The notes beneath the pieces were generated by a model that saw nothing but the letters and a program-made list of their open reading frames with translations, was not told the DNA's origin and did not search any database. Shown here piece after piece: positions 1 to 9,546 of a DNA stretch of 64,000 bases (the first letter of the stretch is position 1; each line of letters begins with the position of its first letter). Made by a program: the position numbers and the translations under genes. This DNA comes from Nanobdellota archaeon. GTDB lineage: Archaea > Nanobdellota > Nanobdellia > Woesearchaeales > JBHPFW01. The stretch covers positions 20,430-84,429 of the forward strand of contig JBHPFW010000004.1 of the NCBI GenBank assembly GCA_042571645.1, in the 5' to 3' direction.

Positions 1-1
1 A

Positions 2-376
2 GACCACTCTTTTGTTCTAATTGATTGGAGACAGGATTTCAATGGAATTATAGATTATGGGGATATATATTATGATTTTGCAAAACTTTATCATGCACTT
101 ATAATAAATGGGGCAATAATAAGAAATAACCAGTTTGAAATAAATATAGAAAAAGATGGAATTACTTATGACTTTCTCGCAAAGGGAAACCTCTTAGAAT
201 ATAAAACTGTTTTTGAGAAATTTATTGATGATAAAGGCTATGACATAAACAAAATTAAGATCTTGACAAGTCTTATTTTCCTGAACATTGCCGCCCTTCA
301 TCATGACCCCTACAATAAGTTTTTATATTATTTAGGTAAAAGCACGCTTTTTGAAAATCTTCAGGAGGATATATAA
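2..376 (+). CDS. APH/choline-kinase-like phosphotransferase, C-terminal part (5' end lies outside the window)
   Basis: The frame is open from the window edge to TAA 374-376. The translation ...VLIDWRQDFNGIIDYGDIYYDFAKLYH... resembles the 'IDWE..GD..YD.A' C-lobe of APH-type small-molecule kinases. The stop abuts the next ATG (377). Confidence 0.5.
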   Translation, partial: DHSFVLIDWRQDFNGIIDYGDIYYDFAKLYHALIINGAIIRNNQFEINIEKDGITYDFLAKGNLLEYKTVFEKFIDDKGYDINKIKILTSLIFLNIAALHHDPYNKFLYYLGKSTLFENLQEDI

Positions 377-1033
377 ATGGCAGACGATGATAAGACAAAA
401 TCTTTATTGAAATCATATTTAGAAGAAAAAAAAGAATTATTAAATAATTTTCCAATAGAAGACGTAGAAAAAGTTATTGAACTAATTTGGTCAGCATATC
501 TTAACGATAAAACAGTTTATGCATGCGGTAATGGAGGAAACGCAGCTTATGTTGCTAATTTAATCACTGATTTATCAATGCATCCTTTTGTTTCCGAGAA
601 CAAAGACGAACCTCTGCCTGAAAATATTAAGAGAATAAGAGCCATTAATCTTGCTGAATCTCCTGCTACAATAACTGCCTTGCTAAACGATCTTGGTCCT
701 GAAGACATTTTTGCACAGCAACTGATAAATCACGGCATCAAGGAAGGGGATGTTGTGTTTGGTTTTACAGGCAGTGGAAATTCTGGGAATATCATAAGAA
801 CATTCGAAGTAGCAAAAGAACACAAGGCAATAACCATTGCCATTACTAGGGGAACAGGAGGAAAAGCTAAAGAAATGGCAGACCTTACAATCATATTACC
901 TGGTACCTCAACATTTCCTGGGCAAACAGGAGGAAATGATTTCAATTTCCACTATGAAGATGCACTATCTTCGATTGCTCATATGCTAACTGGAATTATA
1001 AAAAGCAGAGTTAAAGAAAAATATCTAAAATGA
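377..1033 (+). CDS. SIS-domain sugar-phosphate isomerase (phosphoheptose isomerase GmhA-like)
   Basis: SIS motifs VYACGNGGNAAYVANLITDL and GFTGSGNSGNI. ATGA overlap with the next gene. Confidence 0.75.
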   Translation: MADDDKTKSLLKSYLEEKKELLNNFPIEDVEKVIELIWSAYLNDKTVYACGNGGNAAYVANLITDLSMHPFVSENKDEPLPENIKRIRAINLAESPATITALLNDLGPEDIFAQQLINHGIKEGDVVFGFTGSGNSGNIIRTFEVAKEHKAITIAITRGTGGKAKEMADLTIILPGTSTFPGQTGGNDFNFHYEDALSSIAHMLTGIIKSRVKEKYLK

Positions 1034-1830
1034 ATCTTACAGATGTCGCCCTGGAAATAAGAAGAAGAACTCTTAAATCACTATATTCAGCTCAATCTGG
1101 ACATCCAGGTCCTTCACTTTCAATAGTTGAAATGTTGTCAACTCTGTTCTTTAAGGAAATGAACATCAAAGGTGAAGAGCGAGATAGATTTATCTTATCC
1201 AAAGGACACGCCGCTGCTAGTTTTTATGCTGTACTTTCTATTCTTGGACATATCTCTGAAGACCAACTACTTACTCTGCGAGAAATGGGAAGTCCCCTAC
1301 AAGGACATCCTGTCAAAGGAACATTGCCTTTAGTTGATGCAAGTACTGGTTCTTTAGGTCAGGGACTATCCATAGGTATAGGATATGCATTAGGAATAAA
1401 ACTTAAAGGACAAGACAGAAGAGTTTACGTCATTATTGGAGATGGTGAAAGCCAAGAAGGCCAGATTTGGGAAGCTGCAATGGCTGCACCAAAATTTAAG
1501 TTGGGAAATTTACTTGTCATAGTTGATTACAATAAATATCAGAATGATGGAGCAGTCAAAGATATAATGCCCTTAGACCCATTAGCAGATAAATGGAAGT
1601 CATTTGGGTGGCATGTACAGGAAGTTGATGGACATGACATGGATGCATTAACAGAAGCTTATCAAAACGCCAGAAAGGAAAGAGACAAACCCTCAGTTAT
1701 TGTTGCTAACACAATGAAAGGCAAAGGAATATCTTTTATGGAAGGAGAAATGAGCTGGCATAGTAAAGCAATGAAACCCGAAGAATATGAATCTGCGATG
1801 AATGAGTTGGGGGTAAAGCCTGATGAGTAA
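1030..1830 (+). CDS. transketolase, N-terminal (ThDP-binding) subunit
   Basis: Motifs SGHPGPSLS, LSKGHAA and IIGDGESQEGQIWEA (ThDP motif). Split-gene form typical of archaea. Confidence 0.9.
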   Translation: MNLTDVALEIRRRTLKSLYSAQSGHPGPSLSIVEMLSTLFFKEMNIKGEERDRFILSKGHAAASFYAVLSILGHISEDQLLTLREMGSPLQGHPVKGTLPLVDASTGSLGQGLSIGIGYALGIKLKGQDRRVYVIIGDGESQEGQIWEAAMAAPKFKLGNLLVIVDYNKYQNDGAVKDIMPLDPLADKWKSFGWHVQEVDGHDMDALTEAYQNARKERDKPSVIVANTMKGKGISFMEGEMSWHSKAMKPEEYESAMNELGVKPDE

Positions 1831-2755
1831 ATCCACCAGAGATGCATTTGGAGAATCACTATTAGAAGTAGGAGAGTCCAACAAAAAAATAGTTGTAGTT
1901 AGCTGTGATCTTTCTGGAGCTACCCGAACAAAAGCATTTGGAAAGAAATTTCCGGATAGATTCTTTGAAGTTGGTATTGCCGAACAAAATGGTATTTCTG
2001 TAGCAGCAGGCCTTGCAATGGAAGGTTTCAGACCTTTTATAAGCAGTTTTGGTGCATTTATTACTGGAAGATATGACCAAATAAGAATTTCATGCGCATA
2101 CACTAAAGCACCAGTAGTTATAGTTGGCACACATGCCGGTCTTGCCATTGGAAAAGATGGCGCTACACAAATGGGTATAGAAGACATAAACAAGATGTCA
2201 GGTATACCGGGAATGCAAATATTTCAACCAGCTGATGCTATTGAAACAAAACAAATAATTGAATACCTAAGTAAAAATAATGAACTTGCATATCTGAGAT
2301 TATCCAGACAGCCACAAGAAACAGTTCATAAACCAGATTACATATTTGAATTCAATAAAGGAAAAGTTCTCAAAGAAGGAAAAGATTTGACTATAATAGC
2401 AACAGGCGATACTGTGCAGTCTAGTCTTCAAAGCGCTGAAGAATTAGCAAAAAAAGGAATAGACCTGGATGTTATCAACATTTCTACATTAAAACCTATT
2501 GATAAGGAGCTAATACTAGAATATGCTAAGAAACGGCCTGGAATTATTACAGTAGAAGATCATAGTATTATAGGCGGTCTTGGGAGCAGAGTATGTGAAA
2601 TAATAGCTGAAGCTGGATTAAAAACAAAAGTTAAACGTCTGGGAATAAATGATTGCTTTGGAGAAAGCGGCAAACCAGAAGATCTTTACAGAAAACATGG
2701 ATTAGACAAAGAAGGAATCATTAAATCTATCAAAGAATTTTCTGAAAATCTTTAA
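1823..2755 (+). CDS. transketolase, C-terminal (pyrimidine-binding) subunit
   Basis: Motifs FFEVGIAEQN and GTHAGLAIGKDGATQ. Overlaps the N-terminal subunit gene by 8 nt. Confidence 0.9.
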   Translation: MSKSTRDAFGESLLEVGESNKKIVVVSCDLSGATRTKAFGKKFPDRFFEVGIAEQNGISVAAGLAMEGFRPFISSFGAFITGRYDQIRISCAYTKAPVVIVGTHAGLAIGKDGATQMGIEDINKMSGIPGMQIFQPADAIETKQIIEYLSKNNELAYLRLSRQPQETVHKPDYIFEFNKGKVLKEGKDLTIIATGDTVQSSLQSAEELAKKGIDLDVINISTLKPIDKELILEYAKKRPGIITVEDHSIIGGLGSRVCEIIAEAGLKTKVKRLGINDCFGESGKPEDLYRKHGLDKEGIIKSIKEFSENL

Positions 2756-2797
2756 GTATAAGAACCTTTATATATTACTTTGCCATCACATCTTATT

Positions 2798-3553
2798 ATG
2801 GAAAAGCTATCAGGAATAAAACATATTTGTTTTGACGTTGACGATACATTTTACCCACTTAATGAAGATCTTAATCAACAACTGTACAGAGTAGCGTATA
2901 AATGCTTCTTGCAAAAAATCAAAGAACAAACCCTTAAAGATATATCTTATGACGACTTTCTGAAACTTTATCATGAACTTGGATCAATGTCGAAACTCTA
3001 CGAAGAAAACGGACTTAATCCAAAACTAGTAGAGAGCTGTGCAGCCCATATTGATAAAACTAATTTTTTTAATAAAGATTTAAAAGTTGTTGAAACACTA
3101 AAACTATTGCGGAAAAAATACACCCTTTCTATTTATTCTAACACAACATACAAAAACATAACAAATACACTTAAACATCTTGGATTAACTGCTGAGGAAG
3201 AGGACAAAATATTTCAGGTTCCGCAAGGAACAACTCAGATAATAAGATTAGAAAACAACAATTCTGAATCAATAATAAAGGAAAGCATAATCAACAGAAA
3301 TCTTAATGTTCTTTCTGCAGAAGACGATGTTAGGTTTAAAAGACCCAACACAGAAGGATTTAAATGGATAATATCATGCCTCAAACTTAGGCCTGAAGAA
3401 ATTGTTTTTGTGGGCGATAACGACAAAAAAGATATAATTCCTGCAAAAAAGATGGGGCTGAAAACCATACAATGCTCTTGGAACAAAAGAGAAAAATCTC
3501 AGAATGCAGATGCCATAGTTGACACCTTCTACCAACTATCAAATATATTATGA
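2798..3553 (+). CDS. HAD-superfamily hydrolase
   Basis: Motif I is ICFDVDDTF and motif IV is FVGDNDKKD. I prefer ATG 2798 to the track's TTG 2780, because TTTATATA at about 2767-2774 lies ~22 nt upstream (leaderless spacing). Confidence 0.7.
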   Translation: MEKLSGIKHICFDVDDTFYPLNEDLNQQLYRVAYKCFLQKIKEQTLKDISYDDFLKLYHELGSMSKLYEENGLNPKLVESCAAHIDKTNFFNKDLKVVETLKLLRKKYTLSIYSNTTYKNITNTLKHLGLTAEEEDKIFQVPQGTTQIIRLENNNSESIIKESIINRNLNVLSAEDDVRFKRPNTEGFKWIISCLKLRPEEIVFVGDNDKKDIIPAKKMGLKTIQCSWNKREKSQNADAIVDTFYQLSNIL

Positions 3554-3711
3554 ACTTCCAAAATATATTCTTATAGCTCCCTTTTATTCTACCTAAGAGA
3601 ATATTGGTTATATGCCTTATTAAACAACTAATAAGCCATTAGAAGTATTGTATCATTAAATGATTTTTAAAGATACAAACATTTAAATATCCGAATTAAT
3701 TTCTTTAAAAA

Positions 3712-4386
3712 ATGGTTAAATCAGAAACATTTGAACAATTTTTGACAACAACCAGCGCAGATATTAATCTGATTTACGTAATCATTTCAATACTTTTAGC
3801 TGCTTTCTTGTCTTTTATATTAAGCAGGATTTACACTAAATATGGTACTTCAATATCTAATAGAAGGAAATTTGCAGGTAATTTTATTCTTCTTTCTACT
3901 ACCACTACATTAATTATAATCATTGTAAAATCCTCATTAGCGCTTTCTTTAGGCTTGGTTGGTGCTTTATCCATTGTACGATTTCGGGCTGCAATTAAAG
4001 AACCTGAAGAATTAGGATTCTTATTTTTAAATATTAGTCTTGGACTGGGTCTTGGAGCAAATCAATTTGCTGTAACAATAATTGCATTTACAATCATAAG
4101 TCTATTGATTATGCTCAGAAAGTTTTCGCATGAAAAAAATGAAAATCAAAATCTAACTCTGACTATTACAAGTCATGGTTCGGGTAGGATCTCATTAGAT
4201 AAACTTACAGGAATACTAAAAAAACATTGCGATTATGTTCATTTGAAAAGATTTGATTCAACCAAAGATTTAATTGATGCTGCTTTTTTTGTCACATTTA
4301 GTTCTTTTAGTAGATTAGACAATTTAAAGAGGGAGTTAAAGAACTTATCCAAGTCAATAAAGCTTACTTACCTTGACAAGGGATAA
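3712..4386 (+). CDS. DUF4956-family membrane protein (copy 1)
   Basis: Multi-TM protein with the family-typical LSIVRFRAAIKEPEELGFLF motif. TATA TTTAAATA lies 22 nt upstream of the ATG. Confidence 0.75.
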   Translation: MVKSETFEQFLTTTSADINLIYVIISILLAAFLSFILSRIYTKYGTSISNRRKFAGNFILLSTTTTLIIIIVKSSLALSLGLVGALSIVRFRAAIKEPEELGFLFLNISLGLGLGANQFAVTIIAFTIISLLIMLRKFSHEKNENQNLTLTITSHGSGRISLDKLTGILKKHCDYVHLKRFDSTKDLIDAAFFVTFSSFSRLDNLKRELKNLSKSIKLTYLDKG

Positions 4387-4391
4387 ACAAG

Positions 4392-7052
4392 ATGAAAATT
4401 AAGAACGAGTCTAAAAAGAAAGGTTTTTCTTCATTATCATTGAAAAGGATATTAAATAAAAAAAATCTTATCATAGTGTCTGCTTTTTTTCTAATCGGTT
4501 TTTTTGTTGTCGGTGTCTTATTCGGCATTTTCATAACAGGATTTTTTGGTACATTTGACAATCCTTCAAGTAATGCAATCAAATTGATAAATTTTTTTGG
4601 ATTTTCACCAAGCATGGGCAGTCTGCAACTATTTATGAGGGATGTTATCTCAGAAAATATCTTTATCCCTGTTAATTTTATTAAGGGAGCTTTTTCAAAT
4701 CCTGAAAAGATGTATATTGATATAAGCTTCAAGAATTATGAGAAACTACTGCATAAAAGAGAACAAAGTTTGAAATTAGGTATTCTTTTTTCTTCAGAAG
4801 AGGATTATGTTCCTGCAAAAATTAGATTCAACGATCAAATTGTAGATGTAAAACTAAGGCTAAAAGGAGATGCCTTAGACCATATAAAAGGTGAAAGATG
4901 GTCTTTCAGAATAAAAGTTAAAGGCGACGAAACTCTTTTTGGTATGGAAGTCTTATCAATACAAGATCCAAAAACAAGGAACTTTTTAAATGAGTTTATT
5001 TTTCAAGAAGCATTAAGAAGAGAGGGAGTAATCTCACTAAGAACCAAATTTATAGAAGTTTTTATAAATGGAGAAAGCAGAGGAATATATGAATTAGAAG
5101 AACATTTTGATAAAAGATTGATTGAAAATAATAATCTCAGAGAAGGACCGATAATAAAATTTAATGAAGGGTTATTTTATGACAGAAAAGTTTTTGGACC
5201 TACAATAGAACAGAAGACAAATGCTAAAGACTCTTATTTTAACACAGACATAGATTCTTTTCAAACTAAAAGAATAATGAATGATTCTATTAAATATGAA
5301 CAATATCTAAAGGCGAAGAATCTCCTAGAATCCTTCCGACAAGGAAAGCTAAATTCAAGTGAAGTTTTTGATTTAGAAAAACAAACAAGATTTTTCGCGA
5401 TATCCGAACTTATGGATGCCCATCACGGATTACATTCTAATAATGTTAGGTATTATTATAATCCCGTGACTTCAAAACTCGAACCCATCGGTTTTGATGG
5501 CGACGCAGGAGAATGGAATCAAGACAAGATTTTTCTTACTGATAAATATACTCCATTTGTACAAAGATTCTTTAAAGACAATATCTTCTTTGAAACATAT
5601 ATAAAAGAGCTCAGAAGAGTTTCACAAAAATCATATCTTGATAAACTTTTTTCTGAAATAGATGAGGAACTTGAAGATAACCTGAACATCATACATAAAG
5701 AGTATCAAAGTTACCATTTCTCAAAAGAAGATTATTATAAAAATCAAGAAGACATAAGGAAATATCTAGAACCCATACAACCTCTGCAAGCTTATTTTTA
5801 TAAAAAAACCTCAAATAGCAGCCTAATCATTCAAATTGCAAATACGCAGGAAATTCCAATAAAAATTCGAGACCTGATTTATAAGGGAATAATATTGAGA
5901 ACAAAGAAGGATATCATAATGAACTCTAAGAAGATAGGCGACCCATTAAAATTCAGATATGTTGAATTCTTCTTCCCTGAGAATTTCGAATGGTCTGAGG
6001 ACATTATAAGAAATATTGAACTAAGTTATCAGATTATCGGAATAGATGAACTAAAAAAGACAAATGTATATCCCTGGGCGAGACTTGATGAAAACTTTAT
6101 AGAAAATGACTTTATTAGGAAAAAACCGAATATTAATGAATTTGATTTCTTAGCTATTGATGAATCTAAAAAAATAATACATATAAAAAAAGGTAGTTGG
6201 ATAATAGATAGAAACCTAATTATACCGCAGGGGTTTATTGTATCAAGCAATAAAGGAACAGTAATGGATCTTAAAAATAATTCAATCATACTTTCTTATT
6301 CACGCTTTAATATTAGTGGAACTAAAGAAGAACCAATAAAAATAGAATCTTCAGACGGGACTGGACAAGGAATAGCATTATTAAATACGGACGAAAATTC
6401 TATTTTAAAATATGTAATTTTTGACAATCTTGCAGCACCATCTTTTAACGGATGGGAACTTACAGGAGCAGTCACATTTTACGAGTCTCCTGTTTATCTC
6501 GAGTCTTGTCACTTCATTAACATCCGATCTGAAGATGCACTAAACATAATAAGGTCTTCATTTGCTATGAAAAACTCATTCTTCAATAACACACTGTCAG
6601 ATTGTTTTGATGGAGACTTTGTTAGTGGATCTATTGTGAAATCTTCATTTTTTGAATGCGGTAATGATGCTGTGGACTTATCAGGAAGCGAAATCAAGAT
6701 AGATGGCATCAAAATCATTGATGCAGGAGATAAGGGACTAAGTTTTGGAGAAAAAAGCAAATTGCAGGCAGAAGATGTCTTTATAAAAAATAGCTATATT
6801 GGCGTTGCCTCCAAAGATCAAAGCCAAGTGAAAATAAAAAACTTGAATATATCAAACTCAGAATATGGTATTGCGTCTTATGAAAAAAAATCAGAATTTG
6901 GACCTGCAAGTATCAACATAACAGGTGTTTTAGAGCTGAATGATATTAAAACAGGATTTATTTTAGAAAAAGGTTCGGAAATAGAAGTTAACGGAATAGG
7001 CATTAAAGATTTTCAAACCGAAGTCTATAAAAAATTATATCCTAACGAATAA
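4392..7052 (+). CDS. CotH-kinase-family protein with N-terminal TM anchor and C-terminal parallel-beta-helix-like repeats (copy 1)
   Basis: The N-terminal TM is LIIVSAFFLIGFFVVGVLFGIF. CotH-like core motifs are ERWSFRIKVKG and HSNNVRYYYNP...PIGFDGD. The C-terminal ~280 aa consist of short repeats rich in N/S/G/D. Confidence 0.75.
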   Translation: MKIKNESKKKGFSSLSLKRILNKKNLIIVSAFFLIGFFVVGVLFGIFITGFFGTFDNPSSNAIKLINFFGFSPSMGSLQLFMRDVISENIFIPVNFIKGAFSNPEKMYIDISFKNYEKLLHKREQSLKLGILFSSEEDYVPAKIRFNDQIVDVKLRLKGDALDHIKGERWSFRIKVKGDETLFGMEVLSIQDPKTRNFLNEFIFQEALRREGVISLRTKFIEVFINGESRGIYELEEHFDKRLIENNNLREGPIIKFNEGLFYDRKVFGPTIEQKTNAKDSYFNTDIDSFQTKRIMNDSIKYEQYLKAKNLLESFRQGKLNSSEVFDLEKQTRFFAISELMDAHHGLHSNNVRYYYNPVTSKLEPIGFDGDAGEWNQDKIFLTDKYTPFVQRFFKDNIFFETYIKELRRVSQKSYLDKLFSEIDEELEDNLNIIHKEYQSYHFSKEDYYKNQEDIRKYLEPIQPLQAYFYKKTSNSSLIIQIANTQEIPIKIRDLIYKGIILRTKKDIIMNSKKIGDPLKFRYVEFFFPENFEWSEDIIRNIELSYQIIGIDELKKTNVYPWARLDENFIENDFIRKKPNINEFDFLAIDESKKIIHIKKGSWIIDRNLIIPQGFIVSSNKGTVMDLKNNSIILSYSRFNISGTKEEPIKIESSDGTGQGIALLNTDENSILKYVIFDNLAAPSFNGWELTGAVTFYESPVYLESCHFINIRSEDALNIIRSSFAMKNSFFNNTLSDCFDGDFVSGSIVKSSFFECGNDAVDLSGSEIKIDGIKIIDAGDKGLSFGEKSKLQAEDVFIKNSYIGVASKDQSQVKIKNLNISNSEYGIASYEKKSEFGPASINITGVLELNDIKTGFILEKGSEIEVNGIGIKDFQTEVYKKLYPNE

Positions 7053-7054
7053 AA

Positions 7055-7744
7055 ATGATTCATCATAAAAACGACTCAGATATGCGCTATGAAAGAAAAT
7101 TCGTCATTGAAGAATTAGACAAACAAGAAGTAGAATCCATAATAAAGCATAATCCTGGTATGTTCTCTGAGATATATCATGAAAGAGTTGTGAATAACAT
7201 CTACCTTGACTCAGAAAGCCTAGAAAATTACAATGACAATTTAATTGGCATGGGTCAAAGACTAAAAGTTCGTATAAGATGGTATGGGGAAACTAGGGGT
7301 CTAGTAAAAAAACCGGTTCTCGAGATAAAAATAAAGAGTAATGAACTAGGTACAAAACGATCTTTTCCTTTAAAACCATTTAAGGTCGATAAGAATCTGT
7401 CTTTAAGTTTTATTATTGAAAAAGTTATTTCAGAATCAAACTTGCCTTTAGATGTTATTGAACACCTAAAAAGCTTAAAATTTGCTTTATTAAACAAATA
7501 CAAACGTAAATATTTCAGTTCTCACGATAAAAAATATAGGATGACACTTGACTTTGATCTGGAATTTTATACAATCCATCAACATAGCAACCCTTTTATT
7601 GAAAGAATTAAATCTGATTTTGTCATATTAGAAGTTAAGTATTCTAAATCAGACGATGATGGGGCTGAAAATATAATAAACAATCTTCCATTTAGATTAA
7701 CAAAAAGCTCAAAATACGTTTCAGGAATAGACGAGTTATACTAA
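7055..7744 (+). CDS. VTC-domain (triphosphate-tunnel, polyphosphate-polymerase-like) protein (copy 1)
   Basis: MRYERKF... (EXEXK-like TTM signature), NNIYLDS and RLKVRIRWY, as in bacterial VTC-domain proteins. Starts 2 nt after the CotH stop. Confidence 0.7.
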   Translation: MIHHKNDSDMRYERKFVIEELDKQEVESIIKHNPGMFSEIYHERVVNNIYLDSESLENYNDNLIGMGQRLKVRIRWYGETRGLVKKPVLEIKIKSNELGTKRSFPLKPFKVDKNLSLSFIIEKVISESNLPLDVIEHLKSLKFALLNKYKRKYFSSHDKKYRMTLDFDLEFYTIHQHSNPFIERIKSDFVILEVKYSKSDDDGAENIINNLPFRLTKSSKYVSGIDELY

Positions 7745-7785
7745 GTAGTGTGGTAGATATGATGAAGGGATATTTATAAAAAATT

Positions 7786-7869
7786 CAATGTTCCTGGAAT
7801 AAAAGACCAAAATCCGAAGATGCAGATGTTATAGTGCCCAGTTTTTATAATCTTTCTGAAGTTTTATAA
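7786..7869 (+). pseudogene. relic 3' end of a second HAD hydrolase gene (paralog of 2798..3553)
   Basis: Translates to QCSWNKRPKSEDADVIVPSFYNLSEVL*. The C-terminus of the 2798..3553 protein is QCSWNKREKSQNADAIVDTFYQLSNIL* (17/27 identical). Weaker similarity runs upstream to ~7760 but is interrupted by an in-frame TAA, and no upstream ORF exists. Confidence 0.7.
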
Positions 7870-7872
7870 GTC

Positions 7873-9402
7873 TTATAAATCACTTTTCCTTCTAATTATA
7901 TTCATTACAAAAAAGATCTTATCTTTTGTAATAACCTTGAAAAGGAATAAAGAAATTATGTAAATAATGCTGCTCATTGATAATACAATGAAGCCCTCGC
8001 CCATAATTGCAAAAAGTGAATTCCCAAAAAATATGAACTTTTGAAGGATGGTTGATGAAATTCCAAATAAAATACAAGAAGCCAAAGTACCGAGAATAGC
8101 TGAGATATCAAGTTTTATATTAATTGATTTCATTATTATTCTCATAGTAAGATAGGCCATAACAATAAAACCAATTCCTGTTGCTATGGCTGCTCCAAGA
8201 TAATCAAAATAATAAATGAGGATGAAATCGAGAATCAGGTTAATAAAAGCACCATAATACATTATTCTTGATCTTTCCCTGGCTTTTCCAATAGCTGCAA
8301 TTACTGCAAAATTTATGCTTCTTAAAGCAATGAATACAAAAAACAAGATATAGACTTTCAGTACAAATGTGGCAGGTATGTATTTTGCTCCAAAAAGAAA
8401 AGCTATTATTTCCTTAGAATATAAAAAAAATAATATTGCGATTGGAAGAGTTACTATGAGTAGATTGTTGTACAGTGATGATACTACCTTAGATAACATC
8501 TTCGAGTCTTTTTTATGGTAAAAATTGCTTAATACAGGGAAAAGTACTGATGCTAACGGCGTTATCATAACTAAAATTACATTCAAGCTTGGAACAACAA
8601 CATTGTAATAACCAACAGACTCTGTACCTTTCATCCATGTTAGAACAAGATTGTCTGTGTAAAACAATAGTATTGTTGCAAAGCTCGAGAAAAGTATGGG
8701 TAAAGCATAACCAAATATCTTTTTAGTCATTTTAACATCATAATATGCTTTCACACACATCTCTTTTATCAGCAGTTTGTAGAGTATATAATGGATTATT
8801 ACAAGAAAGAATGCTGCTGCTAAATATGCATAGACTGTTGAATTTATTCCAAAACCAAGATAAAAAAACAAAAGTGAAAAAAGAAAGATTAAAGTCATAT
8901 TGACATAATTCTTCATATTAAAGATCACTAATCTTTGGAATGCGCCAAATACAGCTGACAAAGTGGGCACAAGGGTCCCAAATAAGAACATTATCAGCAA
9001 TATATCAATTAGAAAGTCAGCTTTTGGGTTCCTGAAAAAATTGAGCACTAGATAGCCCTTAACAATATAGACTATTCCTGCTATGACAAAACCAAAAATA
9101 AGCTGAGGCAATAAAGATATCCAAAGCACACCCTTTGCCTTTTTATAATCCTTTTTTGCGACATACTTGCTCATGAAGAATATCTCGCTCTCATACATTC
9201 CGAGATCCCTTAGAGGAGCAAGCAGAAATATGAAAGATATTACTGCATACACTAACCCATATTCAGCAATTGTCAGCTGTCTTGAGAAAAGTATCCTTAT
9301 CAGATAGCTTGAGACACTGCCAATAAAAGCAAAGATATACACTAAAAATATTGCCTTGGAAAATTTTTTTGCGTTCATTTTGCATCTGTGTTGGATCTTC
9401 AA
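7873..9402 (-). CDS. Wzx-like polysaccharide/oligosaccharide flippase (MOP superfamily)
   Basis: About 12-14 predicted TM helices across the whole length, in the typical 'polysaccharide biosynthesis protein' layout. The true start is probably ATG 9378 (MNAKKFSKAI...). Confidence 0.7.
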   Translation of the reverse strand: MKIQHRCKMNAKKFSKAIFLVYIFAFIGSVSSYLIRILFSRQLTIAEYGLVYAVISFIFLLAPLRDLGMYESEIFFMSKYVAKKDYKKAKGVLWISLLPQLIFGFVIAGIVYIVKGYLVLNFFRNPKADFLIDILLIMFLFGTLVPTLSAVFGAFQRLVIFNMKNYVNMTLIFLFSLLFFYLGFGINSTVYAYLAAAFFLVIIHYILYKLLIKEMCVKAYYDVKMTKKIFGYALPILFSSFATILLFYTDNLVLTWMKGTESVGYYNVVVPSLNVILVMITPLASVLFPVLSNFYHKKDSKMLSKVVSSLYNNLLIVTLPIAILFFLYSKEIIAFLFGAKYIPATFVLKVYILFFVFIALRSINFAVIAAIGKARERSRIMYYGAFINLILDFILIYYFDYLGAAIATGIGFIVMAYLTMRIIMKSINIKLDISAILGTLASCILFGISSTILQKFIFFGNSLFAIMGEGFIVLSMSSIIYIISLFLFKVITKDKIFFVMNIIRRKSDL

Positions 9403-9546
9403 TTCCAGGATTTACAAATAAATATCTTTTGGCTAAATCTCTTGTTATTTCCCAAAAAGTGATAGATTTCATTATTCATCCATTCATCCTCGCATTAAAA
9501 GTATAGGTATTTTGGCAATCTTTGAAAATTTGAAAAAAATAATACC

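Noticed and set aside
9403-9472. N-terminal part of track ORF 9263..9472 (MKSITFWEITRDLAKRYLFVNPGIEDPTQ...) as a possible gene relic upstream of the flippase
   Set aside because: It is short, runs out of frame into the flippase gene, and shows no recognisable similarity to anything in the window.
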